64,000 nt of DNA from Candidatus Marinacidobacterium sp. Lineage in GTDB: Bacteria; Acidobacteriota; Vicinamibacteria; Marinacidobacterales; Marinacidobacteraceae. The stretch spans positions 1,859,591-1,923,590 of the forward strand of contig OZ244986.1 in assembly GCA_965223075.1 (NCBI GenBank), given 5' to 3'. Every line of letters starts with the position of its first letter. Position 1 is the first letter of the stretch. The translations under genes and the position numbers were made by a program. Positions 38,109-47,373 of the stretch are shown here, one piece after another. A model generated the notes under the pieces. It was not told the origin of the DNA. It searched no databases and saw only the letters and a program-made list of their open reading frames with translations.

Positions 38109-38684
38109 TCAGCGCGGGCGCGGGCGGTTGGCCCGCCGCATGGTCTCGAAGCCGGATACCAGATCGCTCCGGTCGAGGGCCGCTTCGAGGGATCGCAACA
38201 ACCGCCGGATCCGGCGGTGGTCCACCGCGGGTCCGTGCAGGCGCCAGAGATTCCGCGCGTCCTCAATGTCCTTGGGGCGGCCCGCAAGGATCTTGGCGAT
38301 CACGAGATCCGCGACATCAATCAACGGGACCGGGACGCCGCCGATGTCCGTCGTCTTCACCCGCTGGAAGAATTCGTCCTCGAGGCCGGACCCCGCGAAC
38401 ACGACGTCGAGCGGCATCGCCGTGGCGATGTGAACGAACGGCATCACGCGCGTCTCCCGCACAAAGTCGGGATCCTTGACCGCAAGAGCGAATCCGGCGG
38501 CCTCCATGTCGCGGACGAACCGCTCCGGTTCGTCGGGAACGAGCCGCAGGGTGACATCAACATCGGCGCTCAATCGGGGCACGCCATGTGCGACGACCGC
38601 CTGTGCGCCGAACAGGTACCAGCGTCCCCAGCGGTTCAGGACCGCCGCCAGCGCCGCCAGCAGATCACGGCCGGCGGGCTGCAT
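38109..38684 (-). CDS. minimal nucleotidyltransferase-domain protein
   Basis: G-x-x-A...SADVDVTL nucleotidyltransferase motif (LFGAQAVVAHGVPRLSADVDV); start moved to MQPAGRD. Confidence 0.5.
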   Translation of the reverse strand: MQPAGRDLLAALAAVLNRWGRWYLFGAQAVVAHGVPRLSADVDVTLRLVPDEPERFVRDMEAAGFALAVKDPDFVRETRVMPFVHIATAMPLDVVFAGSGLEDEFFQRVKTTDIGGVPVPLIDVADLVIAKILAGRPKDIEDARNLWRLHGPAVDHRRIRRLLRSLEAALDRSDLVSGFETMRRANRPRPR

Positions 38685-38925
38685 CGGCGCGCGCGAACAG
38701 ATCGGCCAGGCGGAGGTGGGAGCCCAGGTCTTCGCGGCGGCTTTTCGCATCCGGCCAGTCCGGGTTCTCGAGGATCGCCTGTTGGCGCAACTCGTCAGCG
38801 ATCCGCAGTCCTTCCAGAGGCCCAAGACGTTCGATGCGCTCGGCCCAGTAGGCGTCCTTGAAGTCGCGCGCCCGCCGCCAATCGCGGGCCATGAAAGCGC
38901 GGATGCCGGTGGTGATCCTGTTGTT
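38665..38925 (-). CDS. hypothetical small protein, putative partner of the nucleotidyltransferase
   Basis: ~88 aa from MNNRITTG; overlaps the NTase start by ~20 nt. Confidence 0.3.
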   Translation of the reverse strand, partial: NNRITTGIRAFMARDWRRARDFKDAYWAERIERLGPLEGLRIADELRQQAILENPDWPDAKSRREDLGSHLRLADLFARADAARRP

Positions 38926-39158
38926 CATCCTGATTCCGGGACCGAGCCTACCCCATCCGGCAACCGGAGCGGCGTCGCCCGGCATCGCCCGCTGGAGGAG
39001 AAAAAGGGAACGCCGACCCGGGCCAGTCGCCATGAAAGTGCAGGTCCGCTGTCCTCCCCAGGGCGCGCGCCCGTTGCAGGCTGGCGACGCTCGCCACGAC
39101 CACCACGAGGACCAGCGGCACCGCGCCGAGCAGCAGCCACAGCGCGGAGCGCCGTCGG

Positions 39159-40277
39159 TCAGGAATCCTTCAGGTCCGCTGCGTCGGCGGGGACATCGGG
39201 GGCGGCGCGAACGAACGCAACGGCTCTCGCCGCCGCGTCCTCATCCCGCGGATGAGCGACGCCGCCGGGCGGCGGGGCCTTCACGGTGCGGTAGGCCTGG
39301 TGGCGGTGGCGGGGGGACTCCGGATAGCGGCGTTCCAGCAAGCCCCGTTCAGTGAGCGGCCCGAGGTGCCGCTTCGTGAGGTTCGCCGCCCCGACCCCGA
39401 GCCAGCGGGCCAGCTCCGCCGGCCGCACCCACTCCCGGACGGCGCAGATCTTGAGGATGAGCGACCGCGTCCGCGTCTGCGGCGGGCGTTCCGGCAGCGC
39501 CAGAATCTCCCCGCGGAGCGCGAAGGGCAGGTCGTCGGGCGGGTCCGGGCGCGACTGCCGGCGCGGGCGGCGCCGCGATGGAGGCGCCGTCCCGCCGCGC
39601 TCTCCGGCAGGCGGCGAGACCCCGGGCGGCGGGGGCCCGCCCTCGGGGGACCCAGATTCCGCAGCCGGCGAACGCTCCGGAGGCCGGGGCTGCGGGGCCG
39701 CCGGCTTGCCGGGAGCGCCCTCCGGTTGCTCCGGTTCCACCGGGGCGCTCTCCGGCGGTGAAGCGGGGGCGGACGGCGCGCGCGGGAGGAAGCGGCGGCC
39801 CGCGTCACCGGACCCGGGCGGCGCGCTCCGCAGCCGCTTCAGTTCCCGGGCGGCTTCGGCCACGCCCAGCAACAGTTCGGCAGACCCCGAAGCGGCGTTT
39901 TCGGTCCACTCTCCGGCGCGGGTCATCCGCGCGCCGTACCGGCCGAGCCGGCCTTCTGCCCGGCTCCAGTTCCGCCCGGTGTTCCGGAGGCGGACGCCGG
40001 ATCGGCTCAGGGCCTGAAGGAACACGGCGCCCGCCCGCGCCCGGCGCTCGCCGCGAACCGCGAACCGGCCCGTCGCCCGCGCGGCCCGCGCGATGGCTGG
40101 TCCGGCCTCCTTCCGGAACCCCGCCGTCGCTTCCCGGAGGTAACGAACCCAGAGCCGCACCCCGCGAAAGAAGCGGCCGATCGGCGCGACCCAGCGCCGG
40201 ACCCGCTCCAGACCCGGCGGCTTCTCCGGCGCGGGACGCTCGGCCGACGCCGAGCCCCGAAGATCAAGCGTCTGCAC
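39159..40277 (-). CDS. Pro-rich hypothetical protein with C-terminal winged-helix domain
   Basis: Arg-rich N-terminus, ~90-aa P/A/G/E low-complexity linker, C-terminal wHTH (RSLILKICAVREWVRPAELARWLGVGAANLTKRHLGPLTERGLLERR). Confidence 0.4.
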   Translation of the reverse strand: MQTLDLRGSASAERPAPEKPPGLERVRRWVAPIGRFFRGVRLWVRYLREATAGFRKEAGPAIARAARATGRFAVRGERRARAGAVFLQALSRSGVRLRNTGRNWSRAEGRLGRYGARMTRAGEWTENAASGSAELLLGVAEAARELKRLRSAPPGSGDAGRRFLPRAPSAPASPPESAPVEPEQPEGAPGKPAAPQPRPPERSPAAESGSPEGGPPPPGVSPPAGERGGTAPPSRRRPRRQSRPDPPDDLPFALRGEILALPERPPQTRTRSLILKICAVREWVRPAELARWLGVGAANLTKRHLGPLTERGLLERRYPESPRHRHQAYRTVKAPPPGGVAHPRDEDAAARAVAFVRAAPDVPADAADLKDS

Positions 40278-40301
40278 CCTGCCGCCCGAGACTACCAGCC
40301 C

Positions 40302-40360
40302 GGAAGCCGGGTTCTACGGTCTTTCCGCCTATTGGTCCCCCGGTTCTACGGTCTTTCCGC
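40302..40360. repeat. direct repeat 2 x 24 bp
   Basis: CCGGTTCTACGGTCTTTCCGCCTA at 40302 and 40337, between the HepT stop and the start of the Pro-rich wHTH gene. Confidence 0.45.
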
Positions 40361-40393
40361 CTACCGGCCCAGGATCGGACCGGCACCCGAGGG

Positions 40394-40735
40394 CTAACGG
40401 TTACCCAGAATCGTGTTCAACTGGCGGACGAGCACCGGGAGGTCAACCGCGACCGTGTCCTGAACGAGTTCGATGTCCACCTGGTCGTATCCGTGGATCA
40501 CCCGATTCCGCATGGCGATGATCTCGGCCCACGGGATCTCCGGGTGCTGTTCCTGCTTCCTCTGGGACACTCGATTCGCCGCCTCCCCGATGATCTCGAG
40601 GAGTCGCTGCAGCGACAGGTGCAACTGGCGGTTGCTTTCGAGCGCGTCCGCGCTCGCGCTCTCCAGCATCCCTACCGCCTCCCGGGCGTGGTCGAGCATG
40701 TCCTCGAGCGCCCCCTGATCACTGCGCCGACTCAT
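40394..40735 (-). CDS. hepT: HepT-family HEPN toxin (DUF86)
   Basis: R-x4-HxY motif (RNRVIHGY); 113 aa; overlaps mntA. Confidence 0.8.
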   Translation of the reverse strand: MSRRSDQGALEDMLDHAREAVGMLESASADALESNRQLHLSLQRLLEIIGEAANRVSQRKQEQHPEIPWAEIIAMRNRVIHGYDQVDIELVQDTVAVDLPVLVRQLNTILGNR

Positions 40736-41024
40736 ACTGCAGCTCGGCGGAGCCGAGCACTTCCTCCCGCAGCCAATGGCGAAGACCCGCCGGGCGAACG
40801 ATGTCCGTCCTTCGCCCCAGGATGCCGCCGAGTTCGTTCTGCATACGCATCAGGGAGATGTACCCGACCCGGGTGCCGGGTTGGAACTCGACCAGCACAT
40901 CCACGTCGCTCTCCGGGCCGAAATCGTCGCGAAGCACCGAGCCGAACAAGGACAGACGGCGGATGCGGTGCCGCTCGCAAAACGCCGCCACCTCCGCCTG
41001 GGGTATGGGAACCCGCGGACTCAC
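40719..41024 (-). CDS. mntA: MntA-family nucleotidyltransferase antitoxin
   Basis: LFGSVLRDDFGPESDVDVLVEF minimal NTase motif; 101 aa. Confidence 0.8.
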   Translation of the reverse strand: MSPRVPIPQAEVAAFCERHRIRRLSLFGSVLRDDFGPESDVDVLVEFQPGTRVGYISLMRMQNELGGILGRRTDIVRPAGLRHWLREEVLGSAELQYESAQ

Positions 41025-41188
41025 GCCGGTGGCCTCACGGGGGCTTGCGCAGATGCATTCCGGCCAGTCGTCTCAGTCATCCCTCCACGGGCGGGGACAG
41101 TCTGCATGCCCTGAGCCTACCGACCCATGACTCTTCAACTTTCGGCAAAGTGATCGCCCATAGGTCGCGCTCGACGGTTCGATAACCC

Positions 41189-41250
41189 TAGCAGCCGGTG
41201 GTGGAGTCCCCACCGGGAAGACTGGCCGGCGCTCCGAAGCTACTCCCCTT
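41189..41250. mobile_element. MITE-related remnant (solo TIR plus internal fragment)
   Basis: TA + GCAGCCGGTGGTG (matches the MITE TIR) followed by CCCACCGGGAAGACTGGCC, which resembles the internal MITE segment CCCACCGGGAGGACTGGCC. Confidence 0.3.
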
Positions 41251-41512
41251 GCGGCCTGATCCCGAACAGCCGCGCCCCGGCGCCGTCCCGCGACCCAGGG
41301 ATTAGGCGATCTGCGCTGGTGGGCGGGTCGTCGGGCGTCATGGTTTGAGGTCCGAGACGGACCCGATCGTCTGGACATACTTGAGGTCCGGATAACGACA
41401 ATTCAGCGCTGGAGCTCGCGGCACGCGAGCGACGACAAGAGTTTCGGACCCGGAGCCCGGGGAGCAGGAATCCGCCACAGGCGGGCGCAATGTCCGCTGC
41501 CCTCCGAAGCCG

Positions 41513-42151
41513 TCACAGCAGGTCGTAGCCGATGGTCCGGCAGGCGTTCCGGATCGGTTCGATGAGCAACGGGTCGTCCAGCGCTCGATGGACAACCGGA
41601 GTCGTCGGAAACGGATCCAGCCGCAGCACCCGTTCGTAGAGCGCGACCACCGGACGATTGGTCAGCGAACCGAAGTAGTAAAGCCCGTGGATCTCGGGGT
41701 ACCTCTCGTAGAAACCGCGAGACCAGTTCTGCGAATACAGCGTGGCCCCGCTAACCAGTTTCATGGATGCCCCGACGCTCACCGGAAACGTGCCGGTCAA
41801 ATCGAGCAGCGTCAGTTCGCGGGACAGTGCAAACGAAACCAGCCACGGCCGGTTCGCCGCTCGATTGACGGTCCGCCGCTGCTGGAAGACCTCGGCCAGC
41901 GCCGTGACGATGTCGGTCGCCGCGTACAGCACGCCGCGGTCCTGCTCGCACGGATCGCCGGCTTCGTCCAGCAGGTGGTGATCGAACCGCGCTGCAGTAG
42001 GACCGAAGAACCGGAACGCGTTCCAGAGCGTCGGATGGGGACCGCCCCGGAGATACACCCGATGGACAACCGAGCCGCGCGGAAGCGGGATGAGGCTCGG
42101 CTCCCGTGTCCGAAGGCGACCTGGATCAGGCCGGTTCGGGAGCTTGGGCAC
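41513..42151 (-). CDS. RES-domain toxin
   Basis: Conserved R...E...S arrangement (YAATDIVTALAEV, FGSLTNRPVVALYER); 212 aa. Confidence 0.7.
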   Translation of the reverse strand: MPKLPNRPDPGRLRTREPSLIPLPRGSVVHRVYLRGGPHPTLWNAFRFFGPTAARFDHHLLDEAGDPCEQDRGVLYAATDIVTALAEVFQQRRTVNRAANRPWLVSFALSRELTLLDLTGTFPVSVGASMKLVSGATLYSQNWSRGFYERYPEIHGLYYFGSLTNRPVVALYERVLRLDPFPTTPVVHRALDDPLLIEPIRNACRTIGYDLL

Positions 42152-42157
42152 CGCGCC

Positions 42158-42742
42158 CTACAGGCGACGGGCCAGCAGGGCAACCGGAGCGGCGTCGTGT
42201 CCCGCTCTGAGCCATTCGAGCGGTGACACGATCGCACCCATGTCTTCGTCCAGGAAAAGATCGGCGTTTCTGGCATGGAGCCAGTTGAATACTTCGACGG
42301 GATGCAGCCGGGGGCTCAGCGCCCGGTTCACCGTCGTGATATTCGGGACCAGACCGCCTTCGGGAAGGAACTGAAACTCGGGAACCAGGCGCTTCGCATC
42401 CATCAGGAAGCTGTAGAGCAACCGATCAGCAATCAACTGGCGAACGCGGCCACCGGTGAGTCCGAGGCGCTCGCTCACCTCCCGCGAGCTGAGGCTCCGT
42501 TGGACAATGGCCGCGTATTTCACCGCGGTGATCGCGAGAGGGTCCGGGCCGGCGTGCGGATCCAGGTCCAGACCCCCGGCGCGCAGCACAGCCTGCTCGG
42601 CTGCCGGGAGCCCATCCGCCGCATCGCCGTACGCCAAGGGCTCGATGCCGTCCAGCACCGCAGCGAGAGCGCTGTTGAGAGCCTGGGGATCCGATTCCCG
42701 GAGGCCCCGGGAGGCCAGATAGCGCTCAATGGCGGGAGTCAT
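42158..42742 (-). CDS. putative Xre/DUF2384-like antitoxin partner of the RES toxin
   Basis: Immediately upstream of and co-oriented with the RES gene; HTH-like SREVSERLGLTGGRVRQLIADRLL; start moved to MTPAIERY. Confidence 0.45.
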   Translation of the reverse strand: MTPAIERYLASRGLRESDPQALNSALAAVLDGIEPLAYGDAADGLPAAEQAVLRAGGLDLDPHAGPDPLAITAVKYAAIVQRSLSSREVSERLGLTGGRVRQLIADRLLYSFLMDAKRLVPEFQFLPEGGLVPNITTVNRALSPRLHPVEVFNWLHARNADLFLDEDMGAIVSPLEWLRAGHDAAPVALLARRL

Positions 42743-42873
42743 CGGTGTGTTCCCTTGTATGCGAATACTAGCACTGCTAGAAAACGCTACAAGGGACCTC
42801 TCGATGTTTCCAGCGCGCTCGCGGAGACTCGCGAGGAGTTGGCAGCGGCGCTGCGTTCCTTCCTTCTTCGCTG

Positions 42874-43650
42874 GTGTACAACGCCGGTCGAACCGCACCG
42901 ACGTCCGCTACGCTGCGACGCTGTGAAAAGAAACCCGGAAACCGGGGCGTGAGCGGCGCCTCCCGCCACCATCACGAAGTCCGGCGGCCCGACACGCCGG
43001 AGGGCATCGAGGCGGCGCGCCGCAAATGGGAGGCTCGTCTGCTTGCGGATGGAATGTCCCGAAGCGACGCCCGGCGCCTCGCCACCGCTGCGGAGGTCCG
43101 CCGCCGAGTCAAGGAATCCAGGGTGCGCTGGCTGTTGGCGCTCCGCCGCGAGCAGGAAGGAGTAGAAGCCGCCTGGCGTCGCAACTTCAGGCCTCACGCG
43201 GTCATCCTGACCGAGAACGAGCGCCCGTCGCTCGTGATCGGCATGATGCTCTTTGGCGACCAGCGGTTCGTGTTCTTTGGAGAGGGAACCGATCCCGTCA
43301 GTTTGCGCGACCAAGTGCTGCGGGCGCTTCCCGAAGACGTTCCGCTCTTCGGAAAGCCCATTAGCTTCGTCGTCAACTACACGCCGGACCGAGCAGTGGA
43401 GTTCGACCTTCGCGGAAGCGAGGTGAGGTCGTACTCGAACGCGTACCGTCCGGGAAGGGCATCCTTCAAGTTCAGCGACGGTTGGTTCGATGCTCGGGAG
43501 GCAGAACCCGAAGGTCTCGACCGTTCGGAGGACTGGCGCCCGCTCAAGGTCCGACCGGCGGCTTCCCCCGAGCAATTCCAGGACTCGTACCGAGAGGACA
43601 GGAAGACACGATGCAAGACCAGTACTTCGGAGACGAAGGCGACTTCGTGA
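42874..43650 (+). CDS. hypothetical protein
   Basis: No recognisable motifs; Arg-rich helical N-terminus; overlaps the next gene by ~40 nt (start may be an internal GTG/ATG). Confidence 0.4.
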   Translation: MYNAGRTAPTSATLRRCEKKPGNRGVSGASRHHHEVRRPDTPEGIEAARRKWEARLLADGMSRSDARRLATAAEVRRRVKESRVRWLLALRREQEGVEAAWRRNFRPHAVILTENERPSLVIGMMLFGDQRFVFFGEGTDPVSLRDQVLRALPEDVPLFGKPISFVVNYTPDRAVEFDLRGSEVRSYSNAYRPGRASFKFSDGWFDAREAEPEGLDRSEDWRPLKVRPAASPEQFQDSYREDRKTRCKTSTSETKATS

Positions 43651-44408
43651 AGTTCCGCCTGTTGCGGAAGATCTGCGGCATCACGGCCGACGATGGAGGA
43701 CCCCGATTGCCGCTCGGCGTCGTCTGGTACCGCGTCGAGCTCGGGGAAGGCTCCAAGAGCACCGAAGGTGGCCGAACCGGGTATCTCTACCAGGATGGGA
43801 ACGAAACAGCGGACCCGGACCTGTTTCTGTTTCTCAGGGAGTGCGTTGATGAGAACGACCGTCGGATCTCACGCCTCCACGACTCCAGCATGTTCCCGGG
43901 TGCGGTCTGGTACTTCGAGGAGGCGCCCCGTCCCCGCCAAGGCGACTCCCGCGCGGATTGGAACGCCGGAGCGTTGTCGACCGTCCGAGACAGCCGCGTC
44001 GTCTTCCTGGACCCGGACAACGGCCTGGCGCCTCCATCCGTAGAGAAACACCACGCGAGGGCCACCAAGTATGTGTTTTGGGACGAACTCCAAGAGTTCT
44101 GCTCTCTCAAAGGCGACCCGACAGTGGTCGTGTACCAGCATCGCCGGAGGGTTGCGGCAATGCAGCAGGTCGCGGAGCAGGTCCGCGGAATCCGCACGTG
44201 TACGGGCCGCGATCAGGTCGTCGCCGTCATGGACCCCAAGCTGTCCCAGCGGCTCTTCTACGTGATCCCGTCCACACGAGAAAGCGAGCGCAAGCTCGCG
44301 CTCAGCCGGATCAAGGCCATCACGATGTCGGATGTTTGCATCGGGCTCCTGTCGAGTCCTGGCCCGGAGGATCGCCTTGAGCGACAACAAAGCCACCGGT
44401 CACCATAG
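43611..44408 (+). CDS. hypothetical protein (possible PD-(D/E)xK-like core)
   Basis: 265 aa from MQDQYFGDEGDFVKF; VVFLDPDNGL...SVEKHH resembles a D...ExK nuclease motif (weak). Confidence 0.4.
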   Translation: MQDQYFGDEGDFVKFRLLRKICGITADDGGPRLPLGVVWYRVELGEGSKSTEGGRTGYLYQDGNETADPDLFLFLRECVDENDRRISRLHDSSMFPGAVWYFEEAPRPRQGDSRADWNAGALSTVRDSRVVFLDPDNGLAPPSVEKHHARATKYVFWDELQEFCSLKGDPTVVVYQHRRRVAAMQQVAEQVRGIRTCTGRDQVVAVMDPKLSQRLFYVIPSTRESERKLALSRIKAITMSDVCIGLLSSPGPEDRLERQQSHRSP

Positions 44409-44688
44409 AGGCGCGGGCATCTGTTCCGCCTTCGCGGCGTTCGCCGGTTTGTGGCCCGGTCATCGCCCCAGAAGTGCTCCAAGTGCGACTTTCGGAAAAT
44501 GTGTTCGGCTGGCATCGAGGTGACAGCCGAGTAGGAGTAACGGCGGATTCCGGCGGCGCTCGGCCACTCAGTCTCTGATCCGGTGGCGGGCGGTCGCTTG
44601 GGCTTCGGCCGTGGGCCCCGATGCCCCGGGCAGCGCGACAGTGGTGGCCGATGGAGGCTCTGGGGCATTCTTGCGAACCCCTTCCCGG

Positions 44689-45477
44689 TTAGTTCGATGC
44701 CTTCGCGAAAGTGCTCCAACGGTCGAGAAGGCCCGGAGCGTTGGGGAGCAGGAACGAGCCCGTCCCGCGGTCGCCAAGCAGAACGACGCTCCGACCGGAC
44801 TCCAGCTCGTCCCGATCCCGGAGGTAGAGAAAGCCGAGGAGGTAGCCCACGGCGGCGTCGAAGTCGTCGTCATCGCCATTCAGAGGGTCCGCACACGGTA
44901 CGTCTTCTGTCTTTCCACGAATGACACCCCACATCCACTCCCTGATTCTCTTGTTCTTCTTCGGCTTGTATAGCCAACCCTCTTTGTCTTCGTCTTTCGG
45001 AGCATGCCTCTCGTCTCTGCACCAGAGCCACGCCGCGACCGCGGGGTGAATCTCCACGACCGAAGGACGCTCGACCTCTTTTTCGCCACCACCGGGCAAC
45101 AAACGAAAAGGCAGTTCCCTGTAGCTCTTGTCCCAACGTCCCGTACGGGGCAAGCCCAGCAGCGATCGGGTGATCACCCAGTGGGGGCAGCCCGAGTACG
45201 GGAGGACCGAGATGCCCTTCGGAGCCTTGAAACCTGTCGCGCCGCGCGCGAAGAAACTGTCGATGCGCCGCTGCGAGAAGTCCTTTTCCGCTGCGCCGGC
45301 CCGGTCCGGATCCCGCGGACCCGTCAGTGGCGCATCCCAACAGATGAGCGTGTCAGGACCCACATCATCGAGCATCGCCCGGAGCTCGCCCGCCGTCTTT
45401 TCGCAGAAGGTCTTTCCGTCGCAAACGGTGCTCGTCTTGCTGGGGGCGGGGTCAATGGAAATCACGGAAACGGCCAT
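44689..45477 (-). CDS. DUF429-like RNase H-fold predicted nuclease
   Basis: VISIDPAPSK, LICWDAPLTGP, VVEIHPAVAAW and DDFDAAVGYLLG match the conserved DUF429 acidic strands. Confidence 0.5.
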   Translation of the reverse strand: MAVSVISIDPAPSKTSTVCDGKTFCEKTAGELRAMLDDVGPDTLICWDAPLTGPRDPDRAGAAEKDFSQRRIDSFFARGATGFKAPKGISVLPYSGCPHWVITRSLLGLPRTGRWDKSYRELPFRLLPGGGEKEVERPSVVEIHPAVAAWLWCRDERHAPKDEDKEGWLYKPKKNKRIREWMWGVIRGKTEDVPCADPLNGDDDDFDAAVGYLLGFLYLRDRDELESGRSVVLLGDRGTGSFLLPNAPGLLDRWSTFAKASN

Positions 45478-45485
45478 GCTGCGTC

Positions 45486-46757
45486 TCAACCCCCCTCAGG
45501 AAAGATGCACCGCAGTGCATCCACGTCCTCAAAGCTCACACCGATGTCCTCATCGTCCTCGTACACGCCAGTCAGGCGGAGGCTCATCCAATACCCCTTC
45601 CAATAGTCGTGCTCGCCCCTCCAGTCGTTAGGGGAGTGGTCGAAGCCGAAGAGGTGGAAGGTGTTGTGTGCGACGGACCCATTCGAGAAAGTCAAGCTGC
45701 CAGCCCACATAGCGCACTGGTAATTCGCTTGTGCGCTCTCGTAGTACATGCCCACGATCTGCCCCCGCTCGCGCCAGTAGCACCGATCACCCCTTACGAG
45801 GTATTCGACCCATGGGTCCTCCAACAAGCCTCCCACCTCGAAGAGGGAGTATCCGATCTGGTCCCTGATCCGATCAGCCAAACGCTCTGCGGCGACCAGT
45901 ACGCGCTCGGCATCGGGTTGTAGGTGCGCCGGCATCCCGTTGGTGTTGAAGTAGAAGGTGAACGGGGTTCCGTCCCATTCCTCGACCAGGATTGGGTGCC
46001 TGCCGAGAGCACGCTGCCGCTCGTCCGTGCAAACCCTCAGCTGCGGTCGCCCGGCTACCGGGTGCTCCGGCATATCCAGCCCTGGCTCGCGGGCGGACAA
46101 CCACCTCCGACGTGGGTTCGCGCCCCCGGTCGGGTATGCCTCGGCGGGGACAATAGACGTGATCTCAACCTCGACCTCGGGTCTGCCCCGGCCTGCAATC
46201 GTTCCATCGGTGAAATCGAAAGCGCCCGCATCGATGCTGATGCCGTCGGGGTCGCGGTCGTCTGCCTGGATCATGTAGTCAAACCGGAGCAGGGTGTCCC
46301 GTCGCGCCTTATGGTCGGGGCCGGAATAGCGGTTTGCCACGTCGGGCGTCGCATCGGCATAGCGCTTGTCGTCTCCGATGCGGATGGCCAAGCGAGGGTT
46401 TCCGGTGACCCTGACGGGTTCCTCGAACTCCGCGATCAGCCGAATCCACATGCCTTCGGTGTAGTTGCCTGAATAGGGGCTCGGGACCGAATAGACCGAC
46501 ACGCGTGCTTGGAGGACAGGGGCCGGTGGTTCGGCGGGCGGCGGTGCAGGCGAAGGGGCTGTGGCGGTAGGTGGCGCTGTTGGAGTGGTGTTCCCGCCGC
46601 CGCCACAGGAGAGGGTCAGGACCGCCATGAGCAGGGCGCAGCCGGCCGTAAGTCTCAGGTGCCGTCTCCCTTCGAGAGCATCTCTATCGTTCGCCCTCAA
46701 TCGAGAGTACCAGCGCTCCGACAGGTAGCTCAGCGTCCCTCGCCGACCGCGCCACAC
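45486..46757 (-). CDS. hypothetical lipoprotein with a metzincin-like HNxxHxxGxxH motif
   Basis: Signal plus SCGGGG, Pro-rich linker, C-terminal AHNTFHLFGFDH (H-x3-H-x2-G-x2-H spacing with Asn in place of the catalytic Glu) and possible Met-turn YWM; the CTG at ~46648 would give an ideal signal-peptide N-terminus. Confidence 0.45.
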   Translation of the reverse strand: MWRGRRGTLSYLSERWYSRLRANDRDALEGRRHLRLTAGCALLMAVLTLSCGGGGNTTPTAPPTATAPSPAPPPAEPPAPVLQARVSVYSVPSPYSGNYTEGMWIRLIAEFEEPVRVTGNPRLAIRIGDDKRYADATPDVANRYSGPDHKARRDTLLRFDYMIQADDRDPDGISIDAGAFDFTDGTIAGRGRPEVEVEITSIVPAEAYPTGGANPRRRWLSAREPGLDMPEHPVAGRPQLRVCTDERQRALGRHPILVEEWDGTPFTFYFNTNGMPAHLQPDAERVLVAAERLADRIRDQIGYSLFEVGGLLEDPWVEYLVRGDRCYWRERGQIVGMYYESAQANYQCAMWAGSLTFSNGSVAHNTFHLFGFDHSPNDWRGEHDYWKGYWMSLRLTGVYEDDEDIGVSFEDVDALRCIFPEGG

Positions 46758-46901
46758 GACCAGCCTTCCGCTCGGCTGTTCTCACGAACGCGGCACGCCC
46801 TCGTCGTCGGGCGGGGTGTCCGGCGGTGCGCGGAAGAAAGGACGAATCGAACGGTCCCGGCGGAGCGGGGAAGGCACCATGCGACCGGAGGACGTGACCG
46901 G

Positions 46902-47373
46902 TTACTCCGGCCTGGGCCCCGTCATCCAGTCCAGGAACGCGCGGATCTGCGTGTCGAAGGCATCGAGGACTTTCGGAAGCCGAGCCTCGAGCAGCACCAC
47001 GCGCTCGACGTCGAGTTCATCGCCGTAGATGTTCCGAAACACGTTTCGGAAGCCAAGAAAGTCAGGTAGCTGGGTCCCCAGCTCGGCAGTGATGACCCGG
47101 GGCGCACGCCGTCCGGAGGGTCATGGAACGGATGAGCTGCTGATGCCGGGTATCGCCACATGGCGGGCCGCCGTCCAGTTCGTCCGCGATCCGTCAGCAG
47201 ATGCGCTCGATGCCGTTGTAGAGGTCGTGGAGGATGGAGCTACGAACCCGGATGGCGTAAGGATCGTCGGTGCGCGGCGCGCCGGCGGCGTCCCGGCGCA
47301 GTCTGGCCAGCCGCTCCAACTCGTCCTCGATTTCCGCGCGGAGGCGCCTCGCCACGGCTTCTCCGGGACTCAA
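46902..47373 (-). pseudogene. HepT-like (DUF86) toxin gene split by a frameshift and an in-frame TGA
   Basis: TTG start overlapping the mntA-like stop (TTGA); N-terminal frame ...AIRVRSSILHDLYNGIERIC* then C-terminal frame ...LGFRNVFRNIYGDELDVERVVLLEARLPKVLDAF...* in another frame. Confidence 0.5.
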
